64,000 bases of DNA from Longimicrobiales bacterium (GCA_965248195.1 CBDFIQ010000001.1:1376001-1440000), one strand, 5' to 3'; shown: positions 28,602 to 39,109, counted from the first letter of the stretch. Program-made: numbers and translations. Notes: a model not told the origin generated them from the sequence alone.

Positions 28602-30548
28602 CTATCGAAGGCTCAAGGCGATGAATTCCGCGTGACCGTTCGCCTCCCCGACCGCGACGACGACGTACTGCCTCCCGTCTGCCATGTAGGTCATCGGAGC
28701 CCCGGAGGTGCCGGCCGGTAGCTCCATTTCCCACAGCACCTCCCCGGTGTCCTTGTCGTAGGCCCGAAACATCTTGCCCCCGGCGAACCGGGGCATCGCC
28801 ACCATGCTCGGTGACCCCTCTCCGATGAACAGCAGCGTCTTGGTCAGCAACGGAGCGGGCCGACCGGGGACACCGAGCTTGGGGAGGTCGAGGCCCTGCA
28901 GCGCCTCATGGTCGCGAGGACCCTCACCGTTCGGCACCATCCACACGTGCTCGCCTCTGTTGAGGTCGATCGCCGTGATGCGACCCCACGGCGGCTTCAC
29001 GATCGGCAGCCCTTGGGGCCCCTGCACGCTCCGTGGCGGTCCTCTCACGTAGCGGAAATTCGACGAATCCGGGTCTGGCTCGACGAGTGCCGCCACGATC
29101 GGTGCGGTAATAGACGGCACGTAGAGAATCTGCGTCTCGGGGTCGACGGCCGCACCGTTCCAATCCGCGCCACCGACCCAGCCGGGCAGCTGAACGGTCC
29201 CCTGGGTGGCGTCCGCTTCGTCGCCGCGCACGGACGGGGGTGTGAACAGCGGCCCATACACATAATCATTGAGGATCTCGATCGCCTCGGCACGAAGCTC
29301 AGGAGTGAAATCGACGAGGTCGTCAGCCGTGATGCCCTGCCGCTCGAAAGGCGCAGGCTTGGTCGGAAACGGCTGCGTGGGCGAGGTGCGCTCGCCCTGA
29401 ACGGTCGACTGAGGGACCGCCCGCTCTTCGATCGGCCACACCGGTTCTCCAGTGAGGCGGTCGAACACGTAGGCGAAGCCTTGCTTGGTGACCTGCACCA
29501 CTGCCTTGATCGGTCGCTCGTCGACCGTGATGTCGACCAAATTTGGCGCCGCGGGGTTGTCGTAGTCCCACAAGCCGTGATGAACCATTTGGAAGTGCCA
29601 CACACGCTGACCCGTCGCGCATTGGAGAGCGACGAGACTCTCGGCGAAGAGGTTGTCGCCAAGTCGGTGCCCTCCGTACCAGTCGTTCGTCGGGGTGCTC
29701 ACGGGCAGATACACGTAACCCAGTTCCTCGTCGGCGCTCATCAGCGTCCAGACGTTGGCATTTCCACTGTATTCCCACGACCCACCCTCCCAGGTCTCGT
29801 TTCCGACATCTCCCGGCTGAGGAACTGGGTTGAATCGCCAGCGTAGCTGCCCGGTGTTGACGTGGTAGCCCCTCACGTACCCGGGCGTCATCTCCTGCCG
29901 GGTGGGGTTGTCGGACATCGCGGCTCCCACAATGACCACGTCTCCACAGACCAGCGGAGCGGCATTCCAGCGGTACTGCTCGATCAGCGGCCCCATGTCT
30001 CGACGCAGATCGACTTTTCCATCTTCACCGAATTCTCGATGCAGCCCACCGGTCTCGGGATCGAGAGCGACCAAGTGCTCGCCACTGACCAGAAGGAGTC
30101 GCTCCCGGGACCCGTCCGTCCAATACGCAAGACCGCGTGTGGCCCGCGCTCGCTCTCCACCCGTCCCCTCGGCCAGGGAGTTGTAGACCCAAAGCGTCTC
30201 TCCGGTGACCGGATCGATCGCGGCCGCCTGGCCGAGATTCGTGCTGGTGTACAGCGCGTTCCCCACCTTCAGTGGCGTCGCCAACAGGAGGTTGTTGAAT
30301 CTGAGCTCGGGATTTTCCGCCTGACGCTGATAGTCCACCGACTCCCACCTCCAGACCACTTGGAGATTCTGCACGTTGGTCTCGTCGATGGCGTCGAGGG
30401 ACGAGTATTTGGTGCTACCGGCGTCTCCGCCGTAGCTTTGCCACTCCCCGTTCTGAGCGCCCCGTTGGCCGAAGGCAGGCGAGGCAGGCAAGGCCACGCC
30501 AAGCACTGCCATCCACAGAATCGATCGTCTCAGAAGCTGTCGCACCAT
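28602..30548 (-). CDS. PQQ-dependent (quinoprotein glucose-type) dehydrogenase
   Basis: YGGDAGSTKYS, WHFQMVHHGLWDYD, GGADWNGAAVDP, KPPWGRITAIDL, PMTYMADGRQYVV. Confidence 0.92.
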   Translation of the reverse strand: MVRQLLRRSILWMAVLGVALPASPAFGQRGAQNGEWQSYGGDAGSTKYSSLDAIDETNVQNLQVVWRWESVDYQRQAENPELRFNNLLLATPLKVGNALYTSTNLGQAAAIDPVTGETLWVYNSLAEGTGGERARATRGLAYWTDGSRERLLLVSGEHLVALDPETGGLHREFGEDGKVDLRRDMGPLIEQYRWNAAPLVCGDVVIVGAAMSDNPTRQEMTPGYVRGYHVNTGQLRWRFNPVPQPGDVGNETWEGGSWEYSGNANVWTLMSADEELGYVYLPVSTPTNDWYGGHRLGDNLFAESLVALQCATGQRVWHFQMVHHGLWDYDNPAAPNLVDITVDERPIKAVVQVTKQGFAYVFDRLTGEPVWPIEERAVPQSTVQGERTSPTQPFPTKPAPFERQGITADDLVDFTPELRAEAIEILNDYVYGPLFTPPSVRGDEADATQGTVQLPGWVGGADWNGAAVDPETQILYVPSITAPIVAALVEPDPDSSNFRYVRGPPRSVQGPQGLPIVKPPWGRITAIDLNRGEHVWMVPNGEGPRDHEALQGLDLPKLGVPGRPAPLLTKTLLFIGEGSPSMVAMPRFAGGKMFRAYDKDTGEVLWEMELPAGTSGAPMTYMADGRQYVVVAVGEANGHAEFIALSLR

Positions 30549-30554
30549 GGTGTG

Positions 30555-30614
30555 TCCCTCTACACGGTAGCGGCCTTCTAGGGCTGCGTTGAGGCCGGTG
30601 ACTGGGTCAGTCAT
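30555..30614 (-). pseudogene. N-terminal remnant of a Ser/Thr protein kinase, in frame with the PQQ dehydrogenase
   Basis: MTDPVTGLNAALEGRYRVE resembles the start of Gemmatimonadota Hanks kinases (...LNAALEGRYRIERELGEGGM), recognised from memory. Confidence 0.6.
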
Positions 30615-30778
30615 GGCGGACAAGATGCGTCTATGGCGTGTCGGGTGGCAAGAAGATACCCCCACCACCAGCGCGCGAGAAACTCCATACGCGGGGCTTT
30701 TGCCACGGGCTGCTGGCAGGCATCTTGGGCCTCTACTCGCCGCAACGTTTCTATCGTGTACAGGGGAGGACATTCACC

Positions 30779-32059
30779 ATGCCTGCATCGATGACCCGGC
30801 GTCAACTGATTCAGGGACTCGCCGTCATGGCACCGGCAGCGGCGGTCGTGACCAGCAGACCGGTCGGTCGGTCGCTGATGGCAGCCGGCATCGGTGCACC
30901 TGCCGCCCTACAGACCAATGAGATCGGACCGCTGGCCGCCGACGTGCTGCCGGACGGTGTTCGTTCACGATTCGTGGACAACATCAACGGTCTCCGTGTC
31001 CATGTGCTGGAGGCCGGTTTCGAGGGAAGGGGCCGACCAGGCCTGCTGCTGCTCCACGGCTTTCCCGAGCTGGCCTACAGCTGGCGGAACGTGATGGTGC
31101 CGCTGGCCGAGGCCGGGTATCACGTCATGGCACCCGATCTACGAGGGTACGGGCGCACGACCGGATGGGATGACGACTACGACGGCGACCTCGCCTCGTT
31201 CCGGCGGCTGAACGTCGTTCGCGACGTACTGGGGCTCGTCTCCGCCTTCGGGTATCGCTCGCTGCCGGTGATCGGGCACGACTTCGGTTCGCCGGTCGCT
31301 GCCTGGTGTGCCATCGTGCGGCCCGACGTGTTCACCTCGGTCGCCTTGATGAGCGCGCCCTTCGGCGGAACCGCGTCGCTGCCCTTCGACACAGCCAACA
31401 ATCCGCCGCCCCCGTCGTCTCCGGGCTACAATCTGGCCACGGAAATGGCCAGACTCCCGCGTCCGCGCAAGCATTACCAGCAATACTACAGGACTCGCGA
31501 GGCCAACGAGAACATGTGGCACCCGCCCCAGGGGCTGCATGCGTTCATCAGGGGCTACTACCACTACAAGAGTGCCGACTGGTCCGACAACAGGCCCTTC
31601 CGGCTCGCGTCGCGCACGGCCGCTGAGATGGCTCAGATGCCCACCTACTACATCATGGATCTGAGCGACGGCATGGCTGAGACCGTAGCCAAGAACATGC
31701 CTGATGCGGCCCAGATCGCTGCAAACACGTGGCTGCCGGACCGCGAGCTTCAGGTCTATACCGAGGAGTATGGCCGCACCGGTTTCCAGGGCGGTCTGAA
31801 TCACTATCGATCGGGCGGTATCGGCGCCCCGGAGCAGCAGCTCTTCGCGGGCCGGACCATCGATCAGCCGTCGCTCTTCATCGCGGGCGCGAGCGACTGG
31901 GGCAGCTATCAAAACCCGGGCGCGCTGGAGCGGATGCAGAACGAGGCCTGCACCGACATGCGGGCCGTGCACATGGTGGACGGCGCCGGTCACTGGGTGC
32001 AGCAGGAGCAGCCCGAGGAAACGAGCCGCCTGTTGATCGAGTTTCTGAGGGGCGTGTAG
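30779..32059 (+). CDS. Tat-exported alpha/beta hydrolase (epoxide hydrolase-like)
   Basis: TRRQLI Tat motif; HGFPE, GHDFG, GHWVQQE. Confidence 0.92.
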   Translation: MPASMTRRQLIQGLAVMAPAAAVVTSRPVGRSLMAAGIGAPAALQTNEIGPLAADVLPDGVRSRFVDNINGLRVHVLEAGFEGRGRPGLLLLHGFPELAYSWRNVMVPLAEAGYHVMAPDLRGYGRTTGWDDDYDGDLASFRRLNVVRDVLGLVSAFGYRSLPVIGHDFGSPVAAWCAIVRPDVFTSVALMSAPFGGTASLPFDTANNPPPPSSPGYNLATEMARLPRPRKHYQQYYRTREANENMWHPPQGLHAFIRGYYHYKSADWSDNRPFRLASRTAAEMAQMPTYYIMDLSDGMAETVAKNMPDAAQIAANTWLPDRELQVYTEEYGRTGFQGGLNHYRSGGIGAPEQQLFAGRTIDQPSLFIAGASDWGSYQNPGALERMQNEACTDMRAVHMVDGAGHWVQQEQPEETSRLLIEFLRGV

Positions 32060-32117
32060 GCTCCTGGTGTAGGCTCCTGAGGCTACCCCTTGCTGAGGAG
32101 CGTGTAAGCTCCTGCGG

Positions 32118-33296
32118 CTACTCCGCCTTGAGAAGGGCGACGGGATCGGTTCGGGAGGCCCGAAGGGCAGGGAAAAGGCTGGCCAGGACGGCGGTGGACA
32201 TCACCAGACCGATGACCACGACGTAGGTCGTGGCGTCGGTGGCGCTGACGCCGAACACCAGCCCCTGGAGAAGGCGTGAGGTGGCGAGAGCTGCGGCGGC
32301 GCCCAGAGCGGCACCAACCACCGTCACCCGCAGCCCCTCTCCCACGACCTCCCTGAAGACGTCCCCGCGGCTGGCCCCCAGCGCGAGGCGGATCCCCACC
32401 TCCGGACCCCGCTGGGCCACTGCGTAGCTGAGCACCCCATACACGCCGATCATCGCGAGCAGGATGGCGACTCCGGCGAACACGCCCAGAAGCGTGGCGG
32501 TGAAACGAGGTCGGGAAACGCTCTCCTCTACGATGGCCGTGAGGGGCTCCGCGCCGAAAAGCATCAACGCGGGATCCAACTCTTGGAGGACCCGTCGAGC
32601 TTCCGCAGCGAGCGCCGCCGACTCTCGGTCCGAACGGAGGAGAAGGGTCGCCTGGTTCCAGGGGATCTGGGCCATTGGGACGTAGATGGCCGGCTCGTTC
32701 GCCTGGTCCGGGCCACGAAAACGCTCGTCACCCATCACACCGACGACCCGCCAGCTCAGCCCCCAGAAGCGGATATCCCGGCCAACAGCGCCGGCCTCTC
32801 CAAAAAACTGGGATGCCGCGGTTTGGTTGATCACACCCACGTACGGCTCCCCCCTGGCATCTCCCTCTTCGATGGTTCGTCCTTCCAGGAGGGGGACTCG
32901 GACGACGTCGAGGTATCCCGGGGATATGAAGCGGGTCCGGATCTCCGGAAAGTCCCGGGACTCCGCCTCCCGCCCGGGGATGACGAACGAATTCGTGAAT
33001 CCCGGATCCAGGGGATGCTGGATCGCCAGCGTCGCGGCCTTGACGCCCGGGATCTGGCGGACCCTCTCGAGATAACGCCGGTGAAAGTCGTTGATCTCAG
33101 AATCCTCGGGGTACCGGCTGGTAGGAAGGGCATACTCCGCCTTCACGATGCCCGCGGTCGAGAAGCCCAAGTCCACTGATTGGAGCTCCCAGAAGCTGCG
33201 CACCAGGATTCCGGCGCCCACCACCAGGGTCACCGCCAGGGCGATCTCGGCTACCACCAACCCCGATCGGTAACGCCGCACCGCCCGGCCCCACCG
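32118..33296 (-). pseudogene. C-terminal half of an ADOP/MacB-type duplicated ABC permease
   Basis: Begins at RSGLVVAEIALA (normally mid-protein); GVYGVLSYAVAQR..EVGIRLALGA; ends DPVALLKAE; in-frame stop just upstream, no plausible RBS. Confidence 0.8.
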
Positions 33297-33797
33297 CTAG
33301 TGTACTTTGGTCCGGGGGATCCCACCTGGCAGGTTCACCTCAACTCGACGTGGACTCTGCTCGAAGACTGGCGCCTCTCGGTCACGCTCGACGCCCAGGG
33401 AGGAAACTGGCTGAACGGCGACTACATCGCAGGCCAGAACACTCGGCACGCGGAAAAGACGATCAAGCAGGACGACGCCATCTGGCAAGGTTTTCGTCTC
33501 TTCTCTCGCGATGGCCCCACGATGTACAGGGGTGATTTTCTCAAGCTCCGCGAGGTGTCTCTCCGATATACATTTCCGGCGTCCTTGGCAGGGAGTCTTG
33601 GTGCGTCCTCGGCTAACATTGTCGGGTCCGTGTACAATATCGCGACACTGTGGGCTAAAGATCGATTCACCCGGTTCGGCCAGTACATCTGGGATCAGGA
33701 GATGCAGGCGCCCAACTTCGAATACATGGGCCAGGTGCCTGGCGGGACGCCACCTCCCATGTCGCGTGCGACGGTGCGCGTGAACTTCGTCTTCTGA
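33297..33797 (+). pseudogene. C-terminal fragment of a SusC/RagA-like TonB-dependent receptor
   Basis: YFGPGDPTW...GDFLKLREVSLRY...VRVNFVF*, followed by a SusD-like gene; most of the barrel and the plug are missing. Confidence 0.8.
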
Positions 33798-33862
33798 TGA
33801 GCTCCTCGAGGCGAGAAAGGTCGAGCACACGGGACTCCAAAAAAAACGGGACGGATATACCG

Positions 33863-35218
33863 ATGACCGATACACATATGACAATCAGAGCGAACGGCAC
33901 GCGAATCGCCGAGGGGTCGCGATCCACATCGAGCAAGCGCCGGCTTGTCTTCCCGCTCTTGCTTCTCGGGCTGGCACCGCTGACGGCGTGTGGCCAGTTG
34001 GATGACCTGCTGCAGGCTGAGCTCCCCGGGCAGGTCGTCGACGAGGATCTCAACAGCCCGCTGCTGGCGGAGACTCTAGTTGCCGGGGCACAGGCGGATT
34101 TCGAGTGCGGGTATCAGGGGCACCTACTGGGCGTCGAAGCCGGCTTCGCCAACGTTTTTCATTACACCAATTTCCAGATCGAGATGATCCGGATCGCTAA
34201 CCGGCAAGCTCGGACCATCGAGCACGGGATAGGAGAGTGCACGAGCAACCGGGACCCGATCTGGTTCATCATGCAGCGCGGCCGAGCGCAAGCCGCGGAT
34301 GCGGCCCGTAGGATCCTGGAGGAGATGGACGCGGCAGAGGTGGACGACTTGGACTTCCTGGTCGGAAAGGCCTTCGCCTACGAGGGTTACGCCACCCAGA
34401 TTCTCTCCGAGGCCTGGTGCGAGATGGTGTTCGACGGGAGCGGGACCAGGGTTTCACGACTGGACGGCATGGCCCAAGCGGAAGCTCGATTCGACTTAGC
34501 CATCCAGCATTCCACGAGCGCGCTTTCCGGTTCGCGGGCGGCAGAGGCCCAGGACATCATAGATCTGGCGCTGGTCGGACGTGCCAGGTCCAGGCTGAAT
34601 CAGGGAGATCTGCCTGGGGCGCTCACCGACGCGCAAGCGGTGACTGCAGGCTTCGTCTACTACGCGACCTACGAGACGTCACCCGGACGCCGTGGGGGCA
34701 TGGTAGACAGACTCGAGGACGGCTTTGTCGTGCACGCACGCGACCGTAACTTGACGCTACCGTACGCCGGGGGGATGCCGGATCCAAGGGTCCCCATTGC
34801 CAGTATCGGACCCCATGACCTCACCGGAGTCGGAGAATGGTGGATCCAGACGAAGTACGCGGATGACGGAACGGACACGCCGTTCGCGAGTTGGCGGGAA
34901 GCGCAGCTCATGATCGCGGAGATCGACCCAGCCCAGTCCCTGGCCATCATCAACGTATTGCGCTCGGACCCCACCGGAATACACAGTGAACTGGATTCGA
35001 GCGCGTGGCCTCTGCCGGCCTACGGCGGCGGGACTGCCGCGGAAATCGCGGCCACGGTTATGGAGGAGCGACGGCGGGAGCTATTCCTGCAAGGAGTGCA
35101 GATGGGGGACGACCAGCGATCGGGTGACTTCTCGCATTGGGACACGGGCCAGAGCCTGGTCAATGCGCCCATTGGGACAATCACTTGCCTCCCCCTACCG
35201 GAGCTGGAGTTCCTTTAG
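33863..35218 (+). CDS. SusD/RagB-like lipoprotein
   Basis: Lipobox LTAC; GRARSRLNQG, SWREAQLMIAE, EERRRELFLQG. Confidence 0.85.
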   Translation: MTDTHMTIRANGTRIAEGSRSTSSKRRLVFPLLLLGLAPLTACGQLDDLLQAELPGQVVDEDLNSPLLAETLVAGAQADFECGYQGHLLGVEAGFANVFHYTNFQIEMIRIANRQARTIEHGIGECTSNRDPIWFIMQRGRAQAADAARRILEEMDAAEVDDLDFLVGKAFAYEGYATQILSEAWCEMVFDGSGTRVSRLDGMAQAEARFDLAIQHSTSALSGSRAAEAQDIIDLALVGRARSRLNQGDLPGALTDAQAVTAGFVYYATYETSPGRRGGMVDRLEDGFVVHARDRNLTLPYAGGMPDPRVPIASIGPHDLTGVGEWWIQTKYADDGTDTPFASWREAQLMIAEIDPAQSLAIINVLRSDPTGIHSELDSSAWPLPAYGGGTAAEIAATVMEERRRELFLQGVQMGDDQRSGDFSHWDTGQSLVNAPIGTITCLPLPELEFL

Positions 35219-35284
35219 ACGCGCAAATGTTTCCCTCCTGGGTAAAGAGGGGAAGAGACGATAAGAGGGGAAGAGACGAGTTGT

Positions 35285-36109
35285 GTGCCGGCGTGGACGA
35301 TGAGGCGGGCTCAGGGGTCTAGTTTGCTCAAAGTCCTGACGGTAGCTGTGGCGTCAGCCGTCGGGATTTTCCTCTCCGGCTCTCACTTCGCGGTTGAGGG
35401 CCAAGCGGGTGCATCTCTGACGGGCATCGTACTGCAGGAGGGGAGCGACCAACCGCTTCCCGGCGCCACGCTCGTGATTCTGGAGACGCGGCGATCGGTC
35501 GTGACTGATGACAACGGGGAGTTTTCCTTCCTCGAGCTTACACCGGGCGAGGTTGTGCTGAGAGCCGGTCTCGACGGCTATGCGTCTGTGGTGGAGTCGC
35601 TGGAGATCGCTTCGAACGAGGTAGGGTTCGTGCAGCTCAGGCTCCCGCCCCTCTTCGCGGCCCTGGATGAGATTTTCGTGATAGCCGAGGAAAGTTCACG
35701 TCGAGCCGGCTACCAGGAAGCGTCGGTCCAAAACGACGATGGCAATATTGGGACTGCAGCGGACCTCCTCGAAGGGAAGGTGCTCGGACTGGATCTTCGG
35801 CGAAACACGGGTGTGGCAGGTGGCGGAGCGAGAGTTCAGCTGCGCGGCCCGAGCTCCCTGTCCCTGAGCAACGAGCCTGTCATATACGTGGATGGGATTC
35901 GGATCTCTTCGCGGATCGGGAGCCTCGACTCCAGAAACTCCGCCGGCCTCCATGCGCTCGAAATGATTCCCGCCAGTGCCGTAGAGCGCATTCGTGTTCT
36001 CCGAGGTCCCTCGGCCGGGGCGCAGTATCAGGATGCGACTAACGGAGTGATCCTTATCGAGACACGCCAGGGTCGATCTGGCGACAGAGACGCTGGCGGA
36101 AGCAACTGA
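35285..36109 (+). CDS. Carboxypeptidase-regulatory-like domain plus TonB-receptor plug domain protein (no barrel)
   Basis: PLPGATL...TDDNGEF; LRGPSSL...EPVIYVDGIR; ERIRVLRGPSA..Y...NGVILIET. Confidence 0.8.
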   Translation: MPAWTMRRAQGSSLLKVLTVAVASAVGIFLSGSHFAVEGQAGASLTGIVLQEGSDQPLPGATLVILETRRSVVTDDNGEFSFLELTPGEVVLRAGLDGYASVVESLEIASNEVGFVQLRLPPLFAALDEIFVIAEESSRRAGYQEASVQNDDGNIGTAADLLEGKVLGLDLRRNTGVAGGGARVQLRGPSSLSLSNEPVIYVDGIRISSRIGSLDSRNSAGLHALEMIPASAVERIRVLRGPSAGAQYQDATNGVILIETRQGRSGDRDAGGSN

Positions 36110-36227
36110 GCACTGTCGCGGGCCACTATATTATTCGGCAACTTCAGGGGCTGACCCGGTTTGTTGGGCGACGGCCAAAGGCGAGAGGGTTCCTGAGGAG
36201 TGGCTGGGAAGAGGGAGCGGAGTTGGG

Positions 36228-36785
36228 TTATCGTCCCGAAACCATGAGATGCGCGCCGGACGTACCTGCCTCCATGAGCCAAAGCATGGCCGGACCGCGA
36301 GCAATCGGGAAGCCGAGGTCTCGGGTGGCGTAAGGCACGGCCACCACGGTGTGGGTTCGGTAATCCTGGGCGGAGTCCCCATACACGTGGTAGTAGATGC
36401 TTCCCCGTACAGACAAGGCACGAGTTCCGTCCGCCTCGGCCCGCTCGAAGCGAGCCAGGATTTCAGCCACTGTCCCTCCAGCGCTCTCGAAAGCATGGTT
36501 CTGCTCCAATCGCGGACGATTGGCTTCGGCGGTGCACTGGACGTCGAGGGGGGCCATTTGACCGGGACGGCCTTCATTGTCCCAGCAGATCAGGCCGTTG
36601 CTGCCCCCGCGGAGCGCCGCTGTGCTGCCGTCAGGACGGAGCTCGAGGATCGTCGCCTCGGCACGCAATGAGGCCGGCGCGGCGAGCAGCGTCTGCTCGA
36701 TATCTGCGTCAGCGGATTGGGCGCACAGGGCGGACGGCAGAAGAACTGCGGTGAAAGGGAGGAACAGTAGGCGCTTCATCAACAT
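36228..36785 (-). CDS. Hypothetical secreted protein
   Basis: GGAGG RBS, signal peptide, LLAAPASLRAEAT...GSNGLIC...WLMEAGTSGAHLMV. Confidence 0.75.
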   Translation of the reverse strand: MLMKRLLFLPFTAVLLPSALCAQSADADIEQTLLAAPASLRAEATILELRPDGSTAALRGGSNGLICWDNEGRPGQMAPLDVQCTAEANRPRLEQNHAFESAGGTVAEILARFERAEADGTRALSVRGSIYYHVYGDSAQDYRTHTVVAVPYATRDLGFPIARGPAMLWLMEAGTSGAHLMVSGR

Positions 36786-36867
36786 GGCCTCCGTTGGAAG
36801 GGTCTCATGATGGAGCTCGCCTCGATCTGCTCGCTGGCTCATAGGCTCCTAACCGCTCACTTGCCTT

Positions 36868-36929
36868 GCGGAGCATTGGCATCTACCGTGTGTACAGAGC
36901 GGAGCATTGGCATCTACCGTGTGTACAGA
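36868..36929. repeat. Perfect 31-bp tandem duplication
   Basis: GCGGAGCATTGGCATCTACCGTGTGTACAGA x2. Confidence 0.95.
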
Positions 36930-36969
36930 AAAGTGGCAGCCTGCAAACTTTCCCGATCCGGGGGTGACC

Positions 36970-38085
36970 ATGCGTAGCACGCGAGCGACCATAATGTTTC
37001 CGATTTTGGCGGGGCTGATGTTGGCGGGATCGCCGCTCGGCGCTCAAAAGGTGGAACGGCTCGACTCCTACGAGGGGGTCGCGATACGAATCCTGCAGAG
37101 CAACAATGCCGGAAACGTGCACGCCGTCATCGATCCGGCTCTGAACAAGGTCGTCGGGTACCTGGAGGGCTGTGCGCGGGCTCACAATATCTTCGCGCAT
37201 CCCGATGGGCTCTACTATTACTGCTCGAACGAAACAGAAAACACGCTCGACGTCTTCGATACGGTCACGTTGCAGCTGCTCGAGCAGCTCCCGCTCACGG
37301 CTCGTCCGAACAAGGCCGCCTACAACAAGTACAACCGTAAGATCTACGTGGGGATCGCTAGGGCGCCCTTTGTTGATGTATTCGATCTAGACACCCACGA
37401 GAAGCTTGGAAGCATCCCGGTGGCGACCGGGATTCACAACGTCTATGTGAGCCCGGATGGGAAGTGGGTGGTTGCCGGTTTGAACGGTCGGAGTGAGGGG
37501 TCTATTCAGGTCATCGACGCCAGCACCGATCAAGTGGTGAGGGAAATCTCGCTGGTCGCGCCCAGCGGTGTAATCCACCGCGTCCGGCCAATGATGTTCC
37601 TTGCCGCGGAGGACGGGTCGACGGACAAGATTCTCGCGCAAGGCGCCGCGGTCAACGGAGTGTTTGTGATCGACTGGGAGACAGGGGAGACGGAGCGAAT
37701 GCTCTACCCGCCGCGTCTGCCAGCGTGGAAGCAGAGCGCCGAAGCCAACCAGGGCGCTCCGATGCATGGCTTGGAAGTGCTGCCAGATCGCTCCGCAATC
37801 TGGGCGTCAAGCCGCTTGGATAGCCGAATCTACGGTTGGTCTCTTCCTGATTTCGAGTTCATCGGCGGGGTCGAGGTCGGGCCCGCGGCGAACTGGTTGA
37901 CGCCGACACCGGACAGTCGGTACATGTACGTGGCCGTCTCGGGCGCTGACTATACGGTGGCCGTCGACCTCCAGGAGCTCAAAGTGGTGGCGAGAATGAC
38001 GGTAGGCGCCGGACCCAAGCGCATTGACACGGCGGTCCTTCCGCTGGACCGCGTTGAGAACACGACGACCACTCAGGGCCCGTAG
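36970..38085 (+). CDS. Secreted YncE/YVTN-like beta-propeller protein, copy 1
   Basis: Signal peptide; HPDG, SPDGKW, TPDSRYMYV blades. Confidence 0.8.
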   Translation: MRSTRATIMFPILAGLMLAGSPLGAQKVERLDSYEGVAIRILQSNNAGNVHAVIDPALNKVVGYLEGCARAHNIFAHPDGLYYYCSNETENTLDVFDTVTLQLLEQLPLTARPNKAAYNKYNRKIYVGIARAPFVDVFDLDTHEKLGSIPVATGIHNVYVSPDGKWVVAGLNGRSEGSIQVIDASTDQVVREISLVAPSGVIHRVRPMMFLAAEDGSTDKILAQGAAVNGVFVIDWETGETERMLYPPRLPAWKQSAEANQGAPMHGLEVLPDRSAIWASSRLDSRIYGWSLPDFEFIGGVEVGPAANWLTPTPDSRYMYVAVSGADYTVAVDLQELKVVARMTVGAGPKRIDTAVLPLDRVENTTTTQGP

Positions 38086-38157
38086 TTTCTTCCGCTGGGA
38101 GCAGGCTGTCTGTGCCCAGAGTTGGGGCGTCGACCTAACACAGAGGTGGTGACAAGC

Positions 38158-39090
38158 ATGAACCTGAAGACTAGAGGGCGTGGTTTGGGGGGATGGGTGG
38201 CCGGCTTCTTCGTGCTTGCCGGCGTCGGCATTCTTGCTGGTCCTGGCCTGACCTCGGAAGGCTTGGGGTTGGCGGAGCCGCTACATGCATCCACAGGCCC
38301 GTCCACCAACGGTGCGACGCTTCAAGTTCCGTTCGACTTCTACCGGCAGAACGTCGAGCCACTGTTCCTGAGGCCTCGCGGCTACCCGGGGACGGTTGGC
38401 GGCCGCGCCGCATGTGTCATGTGCCACGTGTGGCAAACGAGCGTTCGTTTTTCCCTCGAGGAGCCGACCGAAACACCGGATGGAGGGGCCTGGACAGAGG
38501 AACAGTCTCGCCGGAACTTCGAGGTCGTGACCCAACTGGTCAACGCCTCCGACCCAGAGTCCAGCAGGTTTCTGCTGAAGCCGTTGGCGCCCGTGGCCGG
38601 CGGGCTAGTTCACACGGGCGGCAACTTCTGGGATTCTACTCAGGACCCCGAGTATCAAGTCGTACTCGACTGGATCCGTGCCCTCCCGGCGGCGGAGTTC
38701 ACGCCTGCCGACGTGCGGGTGGCCGTCGACTTCGAGTACTATCGCTCCTGCGTCCACCCGGGGGTGCTCAGTGTCGGGAATTACGGGCAGCTCTCGTGCA
38801 CGTCGTGTCATGCAGGCGGCTCGGCAGGGTTCGCCCCGGTCGGCGCCAGCGGTGGCGCGTTGACGGAGGCGGAAGCCCGACAGGGATTCCAGGTGCTCCA
38901 GAGACTGATCGTGCCTGGTGATCCCGAGCGGAGTCGCTTCTTGCTGAAGCCCCTGCACCCGGACGGTGGCGGTTCGTATGCCCACAACGGCGTGAGGCGG
39001 TGGCAGAACCGGAATAATCCGGAGTGGCAGACGCTTGCGGCGTGGGTTCGCGGGGAGGTGACTGGCAGCGAGTGTTCGCCGGTGTATTAG
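38158..39090 (+). CDS. Diheme c-type cytochrome with two internal repeats, copy 1
   Basis: CVMCH and CTSCH; repeated SRFLLKPL...GG..H.G...P E[YW]Q...W[IV] module. Confidence 0.8.
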   Translation: MNLKTRGRGLGGWVAGFFVLAGVGILAGPGLTSEGLGLAEPLHASTGPSTNGATLQVPFDFYRQNVEPLFLRPRGYPGTVGGRAACVMCHVWQTSVRFSLEEPTETPDGGAWTEEQSRRNFEVVTQLVNASDPESSRFLLKPLAPVAGGLVHTGGNFWDSTQDPEYQVVLDWIRALPAAEFTPADVRVAVDFEYYRSCVHPGVLSVGNYGQLSCTSCHAGGSAGFAPVGASGGALTEAEARQGFQVLQRLIVPGDPERSRFLLKPLHPDGGGSYAHNGVRRWQNRNNPEWQTLAAWVRGEVTGSECSPVY

Positions 39091-39109
39091 GCAGCAAGAG
39101 GCCGCCGGG

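Noticed and set aside
36868..36929. Second CRISPR array
   Set aside because: The repeats are directly adjacent with no spacer and do not resemble the I-C repeat.
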